NCBI GenBank assembly: GCA_963789545.1 | Contig: CAWBKZ010000006.1 | Span: forward strand, 664,318-728,317 | Source of the DNA: an uncultured Flavobacteriaceae bacterium | GTDB lineage: Bacteria; Bacteroidota; Bacteroidia; Flavobacteriales; Flavobacteriaceae | DNA length: 64,000 bases | Direction: 5' to 3' | Shown: piece after piece, positions 10,314 through 20,212 of the stretch | How the letters are laid out: every line of letters starts with the position of its first letter | Numbering within the stretch: position 1 is the stretch's first letter | Translations under genes and position numbers: made by a program | Notes under the pieces: generated by a model | Seen by the model: only the letters and a program-made list of their open reading frames with translations | The model's database searches: none | Told to the model about the DNA's origin: nothing

Positions 10314-10539
10314 GGTGTATGTTGGTTTTTGACTAATGTAGTTCAAAATATCCGCTAAGGGTAAAAAGATATGACTTAACCTGATCTGACTTTTCATTCT
10401 TGGGTTTATTTTTAAAAATCCTTCTGTTTAGGATGAGTAAGTAAATCATAATATTTTGTTTAATTTATTTATAATAAAGTTAAACAATTTTATATTTGCC
10501 AAATAATATTGAATTAAATTATACTTTATAAATTAAGCT

Positions 10540-10704
10540 ATGTTTGGACTCTTCAAAAAGAAAACAGAAAAAGAAAAATTACAGGAAAAATATCAAAAGT
10601 TACAGAAAGAAGCCTTCAAACTTTCTACCACCAACAGAAAGCTAAGCGATCAAAAATCTTTTGAGGCTGAAGAAGTTATGAAACAGCTTGAAAAGTTGAA
10701 CTGA
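10540..10704 (+). CDS. Small conserved Flavobacteria protein (Lacal_2735-like), 54 aa; not in ORF track
   Basis: MFGLFKKKTEKEKLQEKYQKLQKEAFKLSTTNRKLSDQKSFEAEEVMKQLEKLN*; TATATTTG box upstream. Confidence 0.75.
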   Translation: MFGLFKKKTEKEKLQEKYQKLQKEAFKLSTTNRKLSDQKSFEAEEVMKQLEKLN

Positions 10705-10953
10705 AAGCAGTTTTAAACTTTGGAGAAAGCTTCTAAACAATGGTAAAGCAAAAAACCCTAAAAAAGAAGTTTTGAAATCAGCCGTTTTATATGCTCACGA
10801 CTGAAAGCTATTTCTGAAACAGATTAAGTAAAAGGTAATAAAGACTTACGTTTTAAAACAAATATCTTTATTCGTTTTTAAGAGTCGTCTTAATTAAATA
10901 TATTTCTGAATTGAATACGCTGTTTCAGAATTACTTCACAAATCCTTTTAATT

Positions 10954-12861
10954 ATGAGCAATTACCACATCAAGAGTTTAGAAGAATATTTTCAAGTTTA
11001 TAGAAAATCGATACGTGATCCTGAAAATTTCTGGGAAGAAATTGCAGAAGAAAACTTTATGTGGCGTAAACGCTGGGACAAAGTGCTGGAGTACGATCTT
11101 TCAAAACCTGAAGTTTCATGGTACAAAGGTGCCAAACTAAACATTACCGAAAACTGCCTTGACAGACATATTTATACACGTGGCGACAAAACCGCCATCA
11201 TTTTTGAACCCAACGACCCTTCTGAAGCTGCAGAGCATATAACCTATAGAGAACTTCATGAACGCGTTTGTAGGTTTGCCAATGTGTTGAAAAATCACGG
11301 AATAGAAAAGGGTGACAGAGTATGCATCTATTTACCGATGATCCCCGAACTGGCGGTTTCACTTCTAGCTTGCGCGCGAATTGGTGCAATCCATTCCGTA
11401 GTTTTTGCAGGATTTTCAGCTACAGCCCTTTCTACTAGAATCAATGATTCTGATTGCAAAATGGTTATTACCAGTGATGGTTCTTACCGTGGCAATAAAA
11501 CAATAGATTTAAAAGGAATTGTAGATGAAGCGCTAGAATCCTGCCCAAGCGTAAAAAACGTTTTAGTTGCTAACCGTATCCATTCTGAAATACCGATGAA
11601 ACCAAACCGCGACAAATGGTTACAACCATTACTAGACGAAGCATATCATGACTGCGAACCTGTAATTATGGACGCTGAAGACCCATTGTTTATTTTATAT
11701 ACTTCCGGCTCTACCGGAAAACCTAAAGGAATGGTGCACACCACTGCTGGCTATATGGTTTATACGGCTTATACTTTCAAAAACGTGTTTCAATACCGCG
11801 AAAACGATGTGTTTTGGTGTACGGCAGACATTGGCTGGATTACTGGCCATAGCTACATTGTTTACGGCCCGTTAGCAAATGGTGCCACAACCCTAATGTT
11901 TGAGGGCGTTCCCTCCTATCCCGATTTTGGTCGTTTTTGGCAGGTAGTGGAAAAACACAAAGTGAACCAGTTTTATACCGCACCCACTGCTATCCGTGCT
12001 TTAGCAAAGGAACGCCTTGATTTTTCAGAGAACTATGACCTTTCTTCATTAAAAATTTTAGGAAGTGTGGGCGAACCTATCAATGAAGAAGCTTGGCACT
12101 GGTACAATGACAATATCGGGAAGAAAAACTGTCCCATTGTAGATACGTGGTGGCAGACGGAAACGGGCGGTATTATGATTTCGCCCATCCCCTACGCTAC
12201 ACCAACCATACCCACTTATGCCACCTTGCCATTACCAGGCGTGCAACCAGCACTAATGGACGAGAACGGCGAAGAACTAAAAGGCAATTTGGTTAACGGT
12301 CGTTTGTGTATTAAATTTCCATGGCCCGCAATGGCGCGGACTATTTGGGGAGATCATAAACGCTATCACGAAACTTATTTTTCAGCTTTTGAAAATAAAT
12401 ACTTTACAGGTGATGGCGCCCTGCGAGACAGCACGGGCTATTATCGCATCACAGGCCGGGTGGACGATGTTATAATAGTTTCCGGGCACAACTTGGGTAC
12501 TGCCCCTATTGAAGATGCCATAAACGAACATCCAGCTGTGGCGGAAAGTGCTATTGTAGGCTTTCCGCATGATGTAAAGGGGAATGCGCTTTACGGATTT
12601 GTTATTTTAAAGGAAATTGGCGAAAGCCGATTGCACGAGAATTTATGTAAAGAGATAAATCAAATAATCACCGAACATATTGGCCCCATTGCAAAATTGG
12701 ACAAAATACAATTTACCACAGGTCTGCCAAAAACCCGAAGTGGAAAAATAATGCGCCGCATCCTTAGAAAAATTGCCGAAAAGGACACTGCAAATCTCGG
12801 CGATATCTCTACGCTATTAAACCCAGAGGTTGTACAGGAAATAATTGAAGGAGTGGTTTAA
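10954..12861 (+). CDS. acs: Acetate--CoA ligase (acetyl-CoA synthetase)
   Basis: YTSGSTGKPKG AMP-binding motif, DTWWQTETGG, GRVDDV, PKTRSGKIMRR. Confidence 0.97.
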   Translation: MSNYHIKSLEEYFQVYRKSIRDPENFWEEIAEENFMWRKRWDKVLEYDLSKPEVSWYKGAKLNITENCLDRHIYTRGDKTAIIFEPNDPSEAAEHITYRELHERVCRFANVLKNHGIEKGDRVCIYLPMIPELAVSLLACARIGAIHSVVFAGFSATALSTRINDSDCKMVITSDGSYRGNKTIDLKGIVDEALESCPSVKNVLVANRIHSEIPMKPNRDKWLQPLLDEAYHDCEPVIMDAEDPLFILYTSGSTGKPKGMVHTTAGYMVYTAYTFKNVFQYRENDVFWCTADIGWITGHSYIVYGPLANGATTLMFEGVPSYPDFGRFWQVVEKHKVNQFYTAPTAIRALAKERLDFSENYDLSSLKILGSVGEPINEEAWHWYNDNIGKKNCPIVDTWWQTETGGIMISPIPYATPTIPTYATLPLPGVQPALMDENGEELKGNLVNGRLCIKFPWPAMARTIWGDHKRYHETYFSAFENKYFTGDGALRDSTGYYRITGRVDDVIIVSGHNLGTAPIEDAINEHPAVAESAIVGFPHDVKGNALYGFVILKEIGESRLHENLCKEINQIITEHIGPIAKLDKIQFTTGLPKTRSGKIMRRILRKIAEKDTANLGDISTLLNPEVVQEIIEGVV

Positions 12862-12996
12862 TAATTTTCTTAAAGGCTAGCAAAAAAGTGCGCCACCACA
12901 AAGAGCTTTTAATTTAAATTTGAGGCGTTATTTATACTCTAAAACTTAAATTTTTTAAATATCCATTTGTATACGCTTCGGCCAATTATTATAAAT

Positions 12997-13920
12997 ATGA
13001 AGAAAATCATCTGTCATTTCCTTTATGTCTTGCTTTTAACATCTTGTAAAACAGATAAAAATTTAGGTTCGCCCCCTGAGGTTAAAACAGAATCATTTTT
13101 GACGGAGGATTATGAAATAATAAAACCTGTCAAAAATTCAAAAGCAGTTTTAATTTTATTTCCTGCATACGGAGATGATATTGAAAGCACAAAAGCGGAA
13201 TTCAATATTATGGAAGATGCCAAAAAAAAGGAAATAGCATTAATCTACATGAATTATAATGATAAATTATGGCTTGAAGACAGCGACAAAAAGCTTCTTG
13301 GAAAAAATTTACAAGATATTCTCATAAAATACCAATTAACAGATAAGGATATTTTTATTGGCGGACATTCAGCGGGGGGCGCAATAAGTTTACTGATAAG
13401 TAATTTTCTTATTGAACAAAAACAGTTTAATATAAAACCCAAAGGTGTTTTTATAAGTGATTCCCCTGTAGATTTATTGTCAATGTACCGGAGGTGCAAA
13501 GAAAAAATTGCAAATAACAGTCAGGATGCCATAGCAAAGGAATGTAACGCAATTGTTAACTATTTCAATCATAAAATTGGTGATCCAAAAAATAGTATTG
13601 AACTGTACGAAAAATTTTCGGTGTATACACTTGAAACAAATAATATCCAAAATCTGAATTCCCTTCAACTTACCAAAATACGGTTATACACAGAGCCCGC
13701 TATAGAATGGTGGAAAGAAAAGTTTAATGTGGATTATGACGAAACCAATGCCTATCAAATAAAAAAGCTTTACGAAATACTATCAGAAAATGATTATAAA
13801 AAAGTGGAGTTTATAGCCACAAAAGATAAAGGATATAGAGCAAATGGTGATCGAAATCCACACAGTTGGTCTATTATCGATAAAGTAGATCTTCTATATT
13901 GGATTTTAAAAAAGAATTGA
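12997..13920 (+). CDS. Alpha/beta-hydrolase-like lipoprotein
   Basis: ATG at 12997 (MKKII...LTSC lipobox); GGHSAGG nucleophile elbow; C-terminal NPHSW. Confidence 0.65.
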   Translation: MKKIICHFLYVLLLTSCKTDKNLGSPPEVKTESFLTEDYEIIKPVKNSKAVLILFPAYGDDIESTKAEFNIMEDAKKKEIALIYMNYNDKLWLEDSDKKLLGKNLQDILIKYQLTDKDIFIGGHSAGGAISLLISNFLIEQKQFNIKPKGVFISDSPVDLLSMYRRCKEKIANNSQDAIAKECNAIVNYFNHKIGDPKNSIELYEKFSVYTLETNNIQNLNSLQLTKIRLYTEPAIEWWKEKFNVDYDETNAYQIKKLYEILSENDYKKVEFIATKDKGYRANGDRNPHSWSIIDKVDLLYWILKKN

Positions 13921-14042
13921 CTTTTTTTAAAGCACACTGTTAAGTTTTGTTTGTATAAATATGGTTCGAAATGGGTCAAAGAAAAGTGTATATAAATCAA
14001 TGGAAAAATAATTGTTTGAATACCTTTAAAAATTGACAATTA

Positions 14043-14249
14043 ATGAATTATAACCCATTTAACCTCCTCTTTATGCTCTGGACCATCCTTTTTCTATTTC
14101 TAGCAGTGGTGGCCGCGGTCCTTGGTTTTTTAGGATTGGGGTTTGGCCCAATTGAACCCGCTAAATTTGCATTTTATATTTTGGGGGTTTTGTTTGTGGT
14201 TTCTTTTTTTATAGAGCGACGCAAAAAGCGCAAAAAATATTATGAATAA
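14043..14249 (+). CDS. DUF1328 (UPF0391) family small membrane protein
   Basis: MLWTILFLFLAVVAAVLGFLGLG...AKFAFYILGVLFVVS; likely start at 14073. Confidence 0.7.
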   Translation: MNYNPFNLLFMLWTILFLFLAVVAAVLGFLGLGFGPIEPAKFAFYILGVLFVVSFFIERRKKRKKYYE

Positions 14250-14439
14250 TTACACCCAACTAAACTTTAATTAAAGCCAAAACTACTATTTGGCTTTAAA
14301 TTGTGAATTTTTATTAGTTTAAACCATTATTTAGCAATACCTTAAAATTGTCCAACGTATATACGTTAAACAATGGAACGTTATGTGTTAAAGCATACGG
14401 ATTCTTAATGGTACATTGGCACTACCAAACAACCACTAA

Positions 14440-15480
14440 ATGAAATCCATTCAGGTAAATTCACTACCACTCAAAGATGTTATAATTGACATTGCAAAAG
14501 CATTCAACACTCCATATACTGAAAATTGCAGAGAATACTTATTGCATTTACCTCCTTCCGTTGGCGAGGGCACTATACGGGGCATAAATTTTGAAGGCGG
14601 GCTTGGCCTTATACAATATGATTGTCTTTTTTTTGAAGACATTAAAATTCACTTTGTTGTAAACAACATTCACCCTTTAAAATTTATTTATACCGTAGAA
14701 GGACTTTTGCTTCACCATTTTATTGATGAAGATATCCCACACCATATAGAACAATACCAAAATGCCATTGTTGCAAGTAACAACCACAATGGCCACGTGC
14801 TTCTCTTTAAAGCGGATCAAAGAATACAGGTGAACAGCCTAGAAATTGAAAGGGAAAAGTTTCAGGAAAAAATGGAGTGCGACATTAACAGTTTAGACAG
14901 TGAACTGGAAAAACTTTTTAAAGATGTAAAAGCGGCCGATGCCTTTTTTTATAGTGGAAACTACAGTTTGCAAATAGCAGACAATTTGAAGGATATGCTT
15001 GATTTTAAGGCAGTAAATTTTACTCGAAAACTGTTTTTGGAAGGTATGGCCTATCAAATATTAACGCACCAAATACTGCAATATCTGGATGATAAAAAAG
15101 ACGAAGGCAGTCGCATGCTCCTTCGCTCTTCTGAATTAAAACAGATAAACCATATTTCCAGCCTTATTGAAAGTAACATCACGGATGTTCCCACTGTTGA
15201 AAATTTAGCACGGGAAGTTGGGCTCAATGTAAATAAACTACAGGAAGGCTTTAAAAAACTATATGGTACAACGGTAAACAACTATGTGCAAAAAACAAGG
15301 CTGGATGCCGCATATAGTCTATTGACAAAAACAGACCTAAGTATTTCTGAAATAGTAAATGCCATTGGGCTCTCCAGCAAAAGCTATTTTTCTAAAATCT
15401 TTAAGGAAAAATACTCCATCTCGCCTTCAGAATTTCGTAAAAAACAACGAACATATATAAAAAAACCCAGCCAAAAATAA
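14440..15480 (+). CDS. AraC family transcriptional regulator
   Basis: C-terminal LAREVGLNVNKLQEGFKKLYG...SISEIVNAIGLSSKSYFSKIFKEKY. Confidence 0.92.
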   Translation: MKSIQVNSLPLKDVIIDIAKAFNTPYTENCREYLLHLPPSVGEGTIRGINFEGGLGLIQYDCLFFEDIKIHFVVNNIHPLKFIYTVEGLLLHHFIDEDIPHHIEQYQNAIVASNNHNGHVLLFKADQRIQVNSLEIEREKFQEKMECDINSLDSELEKLFKDVKAADAFFYSGNYSLQIADNLKDMLDFKAVNFTRKLFLEGMAYQILTHQILQYLDDKKDEGSRMLLRSSELKQINHISSLIESNITDVPTVENLAREVGLNVNKLQEGFKKLYGTTVNNYVQKTRLDAAYSLLTKTDLSISEIVNAIGLSSKSYFSKIFKEKYSISPSEFRKKQRTYIKKPSQK

Positions 15481-15498
15481 ATTTTTGACTGAGGCTTT
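15459..15498. terminator. Bidirectional terminator-like hairpin at the AraC stop
   Basis: AAAAAACCCAGCCAAAAAT...ATTTTTGACTGAGGCTTTT. Confidence 0.55.
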
Positions 15499-15604
15499 CT
15501 CTTCTTCATAACAATTCTTTACTTGGTAAAAGTATAATATGAAAATGAATTTACTTAACACAAAAGGGCGAATCATTAACTCAAAATATTTTTATTAAGT
15601 ATAA

Positions 15605-15835
15605 TTAAAAAACGAAACCCTTCCGTGCAGCGATCTCCGAAAGGGTTTTTTGCAACTTGAATGGTAGGTGTTCAACTGTTTTTAATATTTTTGGAATGAT
15701 TGTGCAATCAATCATTCTTGCATTTTAGCGCGGTTGTTTGCTATCTTATTTCGAAAAGCTGACCGATTTTCAAAAACTCAGCTCAGAATTATATGGAAGT
15801 TTTTGTATTTCCTTTTCCATGGTTTGTTACTAAAC
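15605..15835 (-). ncRNA. Candidate multi-hairpin small RNA
   Basis: ORF-free interval with successive stems (ATGGAA/TTCCAT, GCTGA/TCAGC, GAATGATTG/CAATCATTC, TTGAA/TTCAA) ending in AAACCCTT...AAGGGTTTCGTTTTTT on the minus strand. Confidence 0.35.
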
Positions 15836-16057
15836 AAATCTTAGATATTTTATAATTATAAAAACACAAAATATTAAAAAAATAACTCATTAGATTAACA
15901 CAAAGTGTAAAAAGTTTAGCACAAAACCCATAATTTTATTTATATTTGATAATTCACTATTTTTTATCTCCCCACACTAAGAAACCCCTATCTCATTGTG
16001 ATGATTAAGGGGTTTCGCAGTATCTTAAACTGATACAAATACACCAACATTAGAATT

Positions 16058-16177
16058 TTATTCTTCCTCCTCTTGTGGATTACGTTGGTATTCTGGTCTG
16101 TTTTGAGGATTCCCCTGTTGATTTGGTTGTTGTGGGTTTTGAGGATTTCTTTGCTGATTTTGATTTTGAGTGTTCAT
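16058..16177 (-). CDS. Q/N/P-rich 39 aa micro-protein; not in ORF track
   Basis: MNTQNQNQQRNPQNPQQPNQQGNPQNRPEYQRNPQEEEE*; A-rich leader; downstream GAAACCCC/GGGGTTTC hairpin at ~15980-16016. Confidence 0.55.
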   Translation of the reverse strand: MNTQNQNQQRNPQNPQQPNQQGNPQNRPEYQRNPQEEEE

Positions 16178-16428
16178 AACAATTTTGTTTAAATTAATAC
16201 TTAATTTTTCTTTTCACTACTAAAATTACCTTCAGTAAAAACTTTTACCACCTAATAAAAACTTAAATTTTTATTCTAAAGTGAATATTTAACTATTCAT
16301 TATCTTAAAATAAAAATTTGTTGGCAATACATTAAGTTTCCCTGAAAGAAATCAATAAATTTAATACTTAGTCCCGCTCTTTATAACTCAGTAGCGTTTC
16401 GTATCTTTGCACCTTTAAATTTTGAACC

Positions 16429-17772
16429 ATGTACACCAACGCTTTACAAGCCATTTCGCCTATAGATGGCAGATATGCCTCAAAAACTGCAAGTCTGATC
16501 CCTTTTTTTTCTGAAGAAGCGCTCATACGTTACCGCGTACAAGTGGAAATTGAATACTTTATTGCCTTGGTAGAACTGGATTTGCCGCAGTTGAAGGATT
16601 TTAACAGAACCCTTTTCCCAGAATTGCGAAATTTATACTTTGAATTTTCCATTCAAGACGCCATAAAAATAAAAGAAACCGAAAAGATTACCAACCACGA
16701 CGTAAAGGCGGTTGAATATTTCATTAAAGAAAAATTTGATGCTTTAAAACTTCAGAAATACAAAGAGTTTATCCATTTCGGATTGACTTCCCAAGATATT
16801 AATAATACCGCCATTCCACTTTCTTTGAAAGATGCCGTAAACGAGGTGTATGTTCCACTTTTATTAGAAGTGAAAAATAAACTGAAATCACTTTCCGAAG
16901 AATGGGCGCAGATTCCTATGCTAGCGCGAACTCACGGACAGCCAGCTTCCCCAACTCGTTTAGGAAAAGAAATTGAAGTATTTGTAGTCCGCATTGAAGA
17001 ACAGTTCGATTTGATGAACGATATAAAAAGTGCAGCAAAATTTGGTGGCGCAACAGGAAACTTCAATGCCCATAAAGTAGCTTATCCAAATATAGATTGG
17101 CGAGCCTTTGGGAAAAAATTTGTACAGGAAACCTTAGGGTTACACTACTCCTTTCCTACTACCCAGATTGAACATTACGACCATATGGCAGCTCTTTTTG
17201 ATTGCTTGAAAAGAATAAACACCATTTTGATTGATTTGGATAGAGATATTTGGACCTATGTTTCAATGGACTATTTCAAACAAAAAATTAAAGATGGTGA
17301 AGTTGGTTCCAGCGCAATGCCGCACAAAGTAAACCCGATAGATTTTGAAAACAGTGAAGGGAACCTAGGGATTGCAAACGCAATCTTTGAGCATCTTTCA
17401 GCAAAACTTCCAATCAGCAGATTGCAGCGTGATCTTACCGATAGTACTGTTTTACGAAACATTGGTGTTCCCATTGGGCATACGCTCATCGCCTTCAACT
17501 CAACTTTAAAAGGTTTGAACAAATTATTACTAAACGAATCAAAATTTGCTGAAGATCTTGAAAACAATTGGGCCGTAGTTGCTGAAGCCATACAAACAAT
17601 TCTTCGTCGTGAAGGCTATCCAAATCCTTATGAAGCCTTAAAAGGATTAACACGGACTAATGAAAGGATAAACCAAACTTCAATAGCAAATTTCATAGAA
17701 ACTTTGGAAATTCCTGAGAGTGTAAAGCAGGAAATGCGAAATATAACACCCGGAAACTATACTGGGATATAA
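16429..17772 (+). CDS. purB: Adenylosuccinate lyase
   Basis: ISPIDGRY, HFGLTSQDINNTA, GSSAMPHKVNPIDFENSEGN. Confidence 0.97.
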   Translation: MYTNALQAISPIDGRYASKTASLIPFFSEEALIRYRVQVEIEYFIALVELDLPQLKDFNRTLFPELRNLYFEFSIQDAIKIKETEKITNHDVKAVEYFIKEKFDALKLQKYKEFIHFGLTSQDINNTAIPLSLKDAVNEVYVPLLLEVKNKLKSLSEEWAQIPMLARTHGQPASPTRLGKEIEVFVVRIEEQFDLMNDIKSAAKFGGATGNFNAHKVAYPNIDWRAFGKKFVQETLGLHYSFPTTQIEHYDHMAALFDCLKRINTILIDLDRDIWTYVSMDYFKQKIKDGEVGSSAMPHKVNPIDFENSEGNLGIANAIFEHLSAKLPISRLQRDLTDSTVLRNIGVPIGHTLIAFNSTLKGLNKLLLNESKFAEDLENNWAVVAEAIQTILRREGYPNPYEALKGLTRTNERINQTSIANFIETLEIPESVKQEMRNITPGNYTGI

Positions 17773-17790
17773 ATTGCAATTTTAAACATT

Positions 17791-17829
17791 AAAAAAAGGC
17801 TTCAACCATAATTTGGAAGAAGCCTTTTT
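17791..17829. terminator. Bidirectional terminator
   Basis: AAAAAAAGGCTTC...GAAGCCTTTTT between convergent genes. Confidence 0.7.
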
Positions 17830-17847
17830 AGCTATTAATCAACTAAC

Positions 17848-18390
17848 TTAATCTTTAAAAATTTTTCCAAAACCTTCCAATTTGGAGACATCCAAATCAC
17901 CTCTTTCGGCAGATTTCATCAATTTCAACATTTGATCTGGACGCATGTTTTCCCCCAATAGTCTGAAAACTGCAAAGCCACGCTTGTCATCACTTGCAAA
18001 AACGATTACCTCATCGATGGCATCTTCTTCACCAGTATATTTTAAAGTAGCATCCCAACTGTTACTTTTTATCCGGGTCAATTCTTTATATCGCTCTTGA
18101 CTTAAAATAGCTTTCAATTCTAGTTTTTCCTTTTCATAGTCGGCTGTATCACCCTCAATTATTGGATAAGCCACTACATTCACTTTTTTTAATGTCTTGA
18201 GAATATCTTTCTCTTCTTGCGTGAAATTACTGTTTCTACCTTGAAGCAAGCTGGCAGCAACATCCATTTTTACAAATTTATCGTCGTCCTGTTTTTCAAC
18301 TAAATATTTCTGCAAAGATTTATCACTACATGAAACCAGAGCCATTGCGCCCAATACCAAAGCCATAAAATATTTTAAAAGTGTCATCAT
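17848..18390 (-). CDS. DUF4252 family lipoprotein
   Basis: Lipobox LVSC; similarity pattern to the upstream DUF4252; in operon with ECF sigma. Confidence 0.75.
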   Translation of the reverse strand: MMTLLKYFMALVLGAMALVSCSDKSLQKYLVEKQDDDKFVKMDVAASLLQGRNSNFTQEEKDILKTLKKVNVVAYPIIEGDTADYEKEKLELKAILSQERYKELTRIKSNSWDATLKYTGEEDAIDEVIVFASDDKRGFAVFRLLGENMRPDQMLKLMKSAERGDLDVSKLEGFGKIFKD

Positions 18391-18929
18391 TATTGCTTTT
18401 TCTTTTTATCAATATTTTTCAATTGATCGCTACCAGGAACTTTTAAATCTTCGGTCAGTTTTGAAATCTGTTTCAAATCTATATTACCAGTAATGCTCAT
18501 GATTACCGTAGAAGGTTTTCCGTCAACCATTCCGTCTAGGTGCATCAATAGCTCACTAACGAAGTTTTCGTTCTTTCCTTCTTTACTATAGAACTTGATG
18601 TTTCTACCATCTTCTTTCACGCGCATCAACTCGCCTAAATTCTTAGAGGTTGAAATATATTTTGCAACAGCAGCATCCATGTTTTTTGCTACGGCAGGAT
18701 TGTCTGTTGTGAAAATTTTGATGTTATCCAAATCGTTGACCATTTTAAGGTATGCTTGTGCCTCTGGATCTGAGGAATTTAAATCCATTTTGCTCAAAAG
18801 TTTGAACATGTTTTTTGTAACCACTACTGAGGTTACATCTTTTTCGTTTTCAAAGGAATCAAAAGCGTTTTGTGCCCAAGAAACCATCGGCGCTATTGCC
18901 AGTGCTAATAATATTGCTATTTTTTTCAT
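18390..18929 (-). CDS. DUF4252 family periplasmic protein
   Basis: Signal peptide; VTSVVVTKNMFKLL, ELMRVKEDG, VIMSITGNIDLKQISKL. Confidence 0.8.
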   Translation of the reverse strand: MKKIAILLALAIAPMVSWAQNAFDSFENEKDVTSVVVTKNMFKLLSKMDLNSSDPEAQAYLKMVNDLDNIKIFTTDNPAVAKNMDAAVAKYISTSKNLGELMRVKEDGRNIKFYSKEGKNENFVSELLMHLDGMVDGKPSTVIMSITGNIDLKQISKLTEDLKVPGSDQLKNIDKKKKQ

Positions 18930-18994
18930 CGTTTATTATTTATAATTTATTGTTTTAATTGTTTTTTTCTTTGTTCTATTATTTCTAAAAATTT

Positions 18995-19431
18995 TTATTC
19001 GAAAATTTTATCCTTTGTTATTGCAAATTGTTCCACAAATGTTAGCTGCTCCGCTCCTTTGTTCAAGTTTTCTGAAAGTAGCATCATTGCATTTTTACTC
19101 TTTTCAAATGCTGCTAGAGCTTGCTTTTCCTCTTGTGAATAATGCGGTTGTGAAAAGTAAAAGCTTCCAACTCCAAACGCTACTACCAACATCGCTGCTA
19201 CGGAATACCACCATGTTTTAATGGTTTTTGGTCTACTTTCAGGCAAATTGAATATTTTGCTTGAGCGTTCTTCTTTTGCAGCTTTCAGGCCGCAAAGATT
19301 GGTTGGTATTGAACTAAATCGTCAGCAACCGTTTCATTGTTGAAATAGTTTTGCAAACTTTTTTCTTCTTCAAGACTTGTGGTGCCTTCAAAATAGGCAT
19401 CTAATAATTTTTTTACATTAACCGATTCCAT
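18995..19431 (-). CDS. Putative anti-sigma factor (one frameshift near 19290)
   Basis: MESVNVKKLLDAYFEGTTSLEEEKSL... overlaps the sigma stop; joins the 83 aa TM-containing ORF after one missing base (~145 aa total). Confidence 0.7.
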
Positions 19432-19924
19432 AATTGTATTTTTTTATCATTGCATCCCTAACTGTTTTTCGTGCGCGGGAAAGTGCCACTCTAATTGCTG
19501 TTTCGTTACTGTCTAGCATTTTTGCTATTTCTGAAAACTCAAATTGTTCCACATCTCGCAGTTGAAGGACTATTTTCTGCTGTTCTGGCAAAGTTTCCAT
19601 AATTTTGAAAACCATTTCAACACCGTTATTCGCTTCAATTTTCTGCTCTACATTTTCTGAAGTTTGATAATTGCTATGTACAATTTTCAAATTTGAAGCC
19701 TGTTTCGATTTCAATCGATCCAAACAATAATTTTTGGTCATCGTGATAGCAAATGCTTCTGGGTTTTTATAGTTTTCAATGTTTTCTTTTCCGTTCCACA
19801 ATTTCAAAAAAACTTCTTGCACTGCATCTTCAGCTTCATCTTTGGAAACTAAAATTCTTTTGGCCAAACGATATAGCTTATCCTTAAAAGGCATTACTAA
19901 AGCAATGAATTGGGTTTTGTCCAT
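19418..19924 (-). CDS. ECF-type RNA polymerase sigma factor
   Basis: DEAEDAVQEVFLKLW region 2; LPEQQKIVLQLRDVEQFEFSEIA...LSRAR region 4. Confidence 0.93.
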   Translation of the reverse strand: MDKTQFIALVMPFKDKLYRLAKRILVSKDEAEDAVQEVFLKLWNGKENIENYKNPEAFAITMTKNYCLDRLKSKQASNLKIVHSNYQTSENVEQKIEANNGVEMVFKIMETLPEQQKIVLQLRDVEQFEFSEIAKMLDSNETAIRVALSRARKTVRDAMIKKYNYGIG

Positions 19925-20212
19925 TTTGGTGGTTGTGGTTTTTCCGTCTTCTATTTAAATGACGAACGTGTTCTATTTTTGTTACAATGTTTTTGGAAAA
20001 GACTCATAAACCAAGACTTAATTTCCGATTCCTTTTTCCTTTCAGTCATGTTTCTTGTTTTCCTGTATTCCTTTGTTTTCTGTACTATTTTTTTAACCAG
20101 AAAAATTCATTATAAATCCTTTGGAATAATTTCACCTAAAAATCATATTTTTACCATACAATATAATCCCTAATTTACCTGTTTTAATTCTATACATTAA
20201 TAAAACCTTTTT

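Noticed and set aside
15383-15508. Minus-strand 41 aa ORF MKKRKPQSKIYFW... overlapping the araC 3' end
   Set aside because: It crosses a terminator hairpin and is antisense to a conserved HTH-coding region; no support for coding
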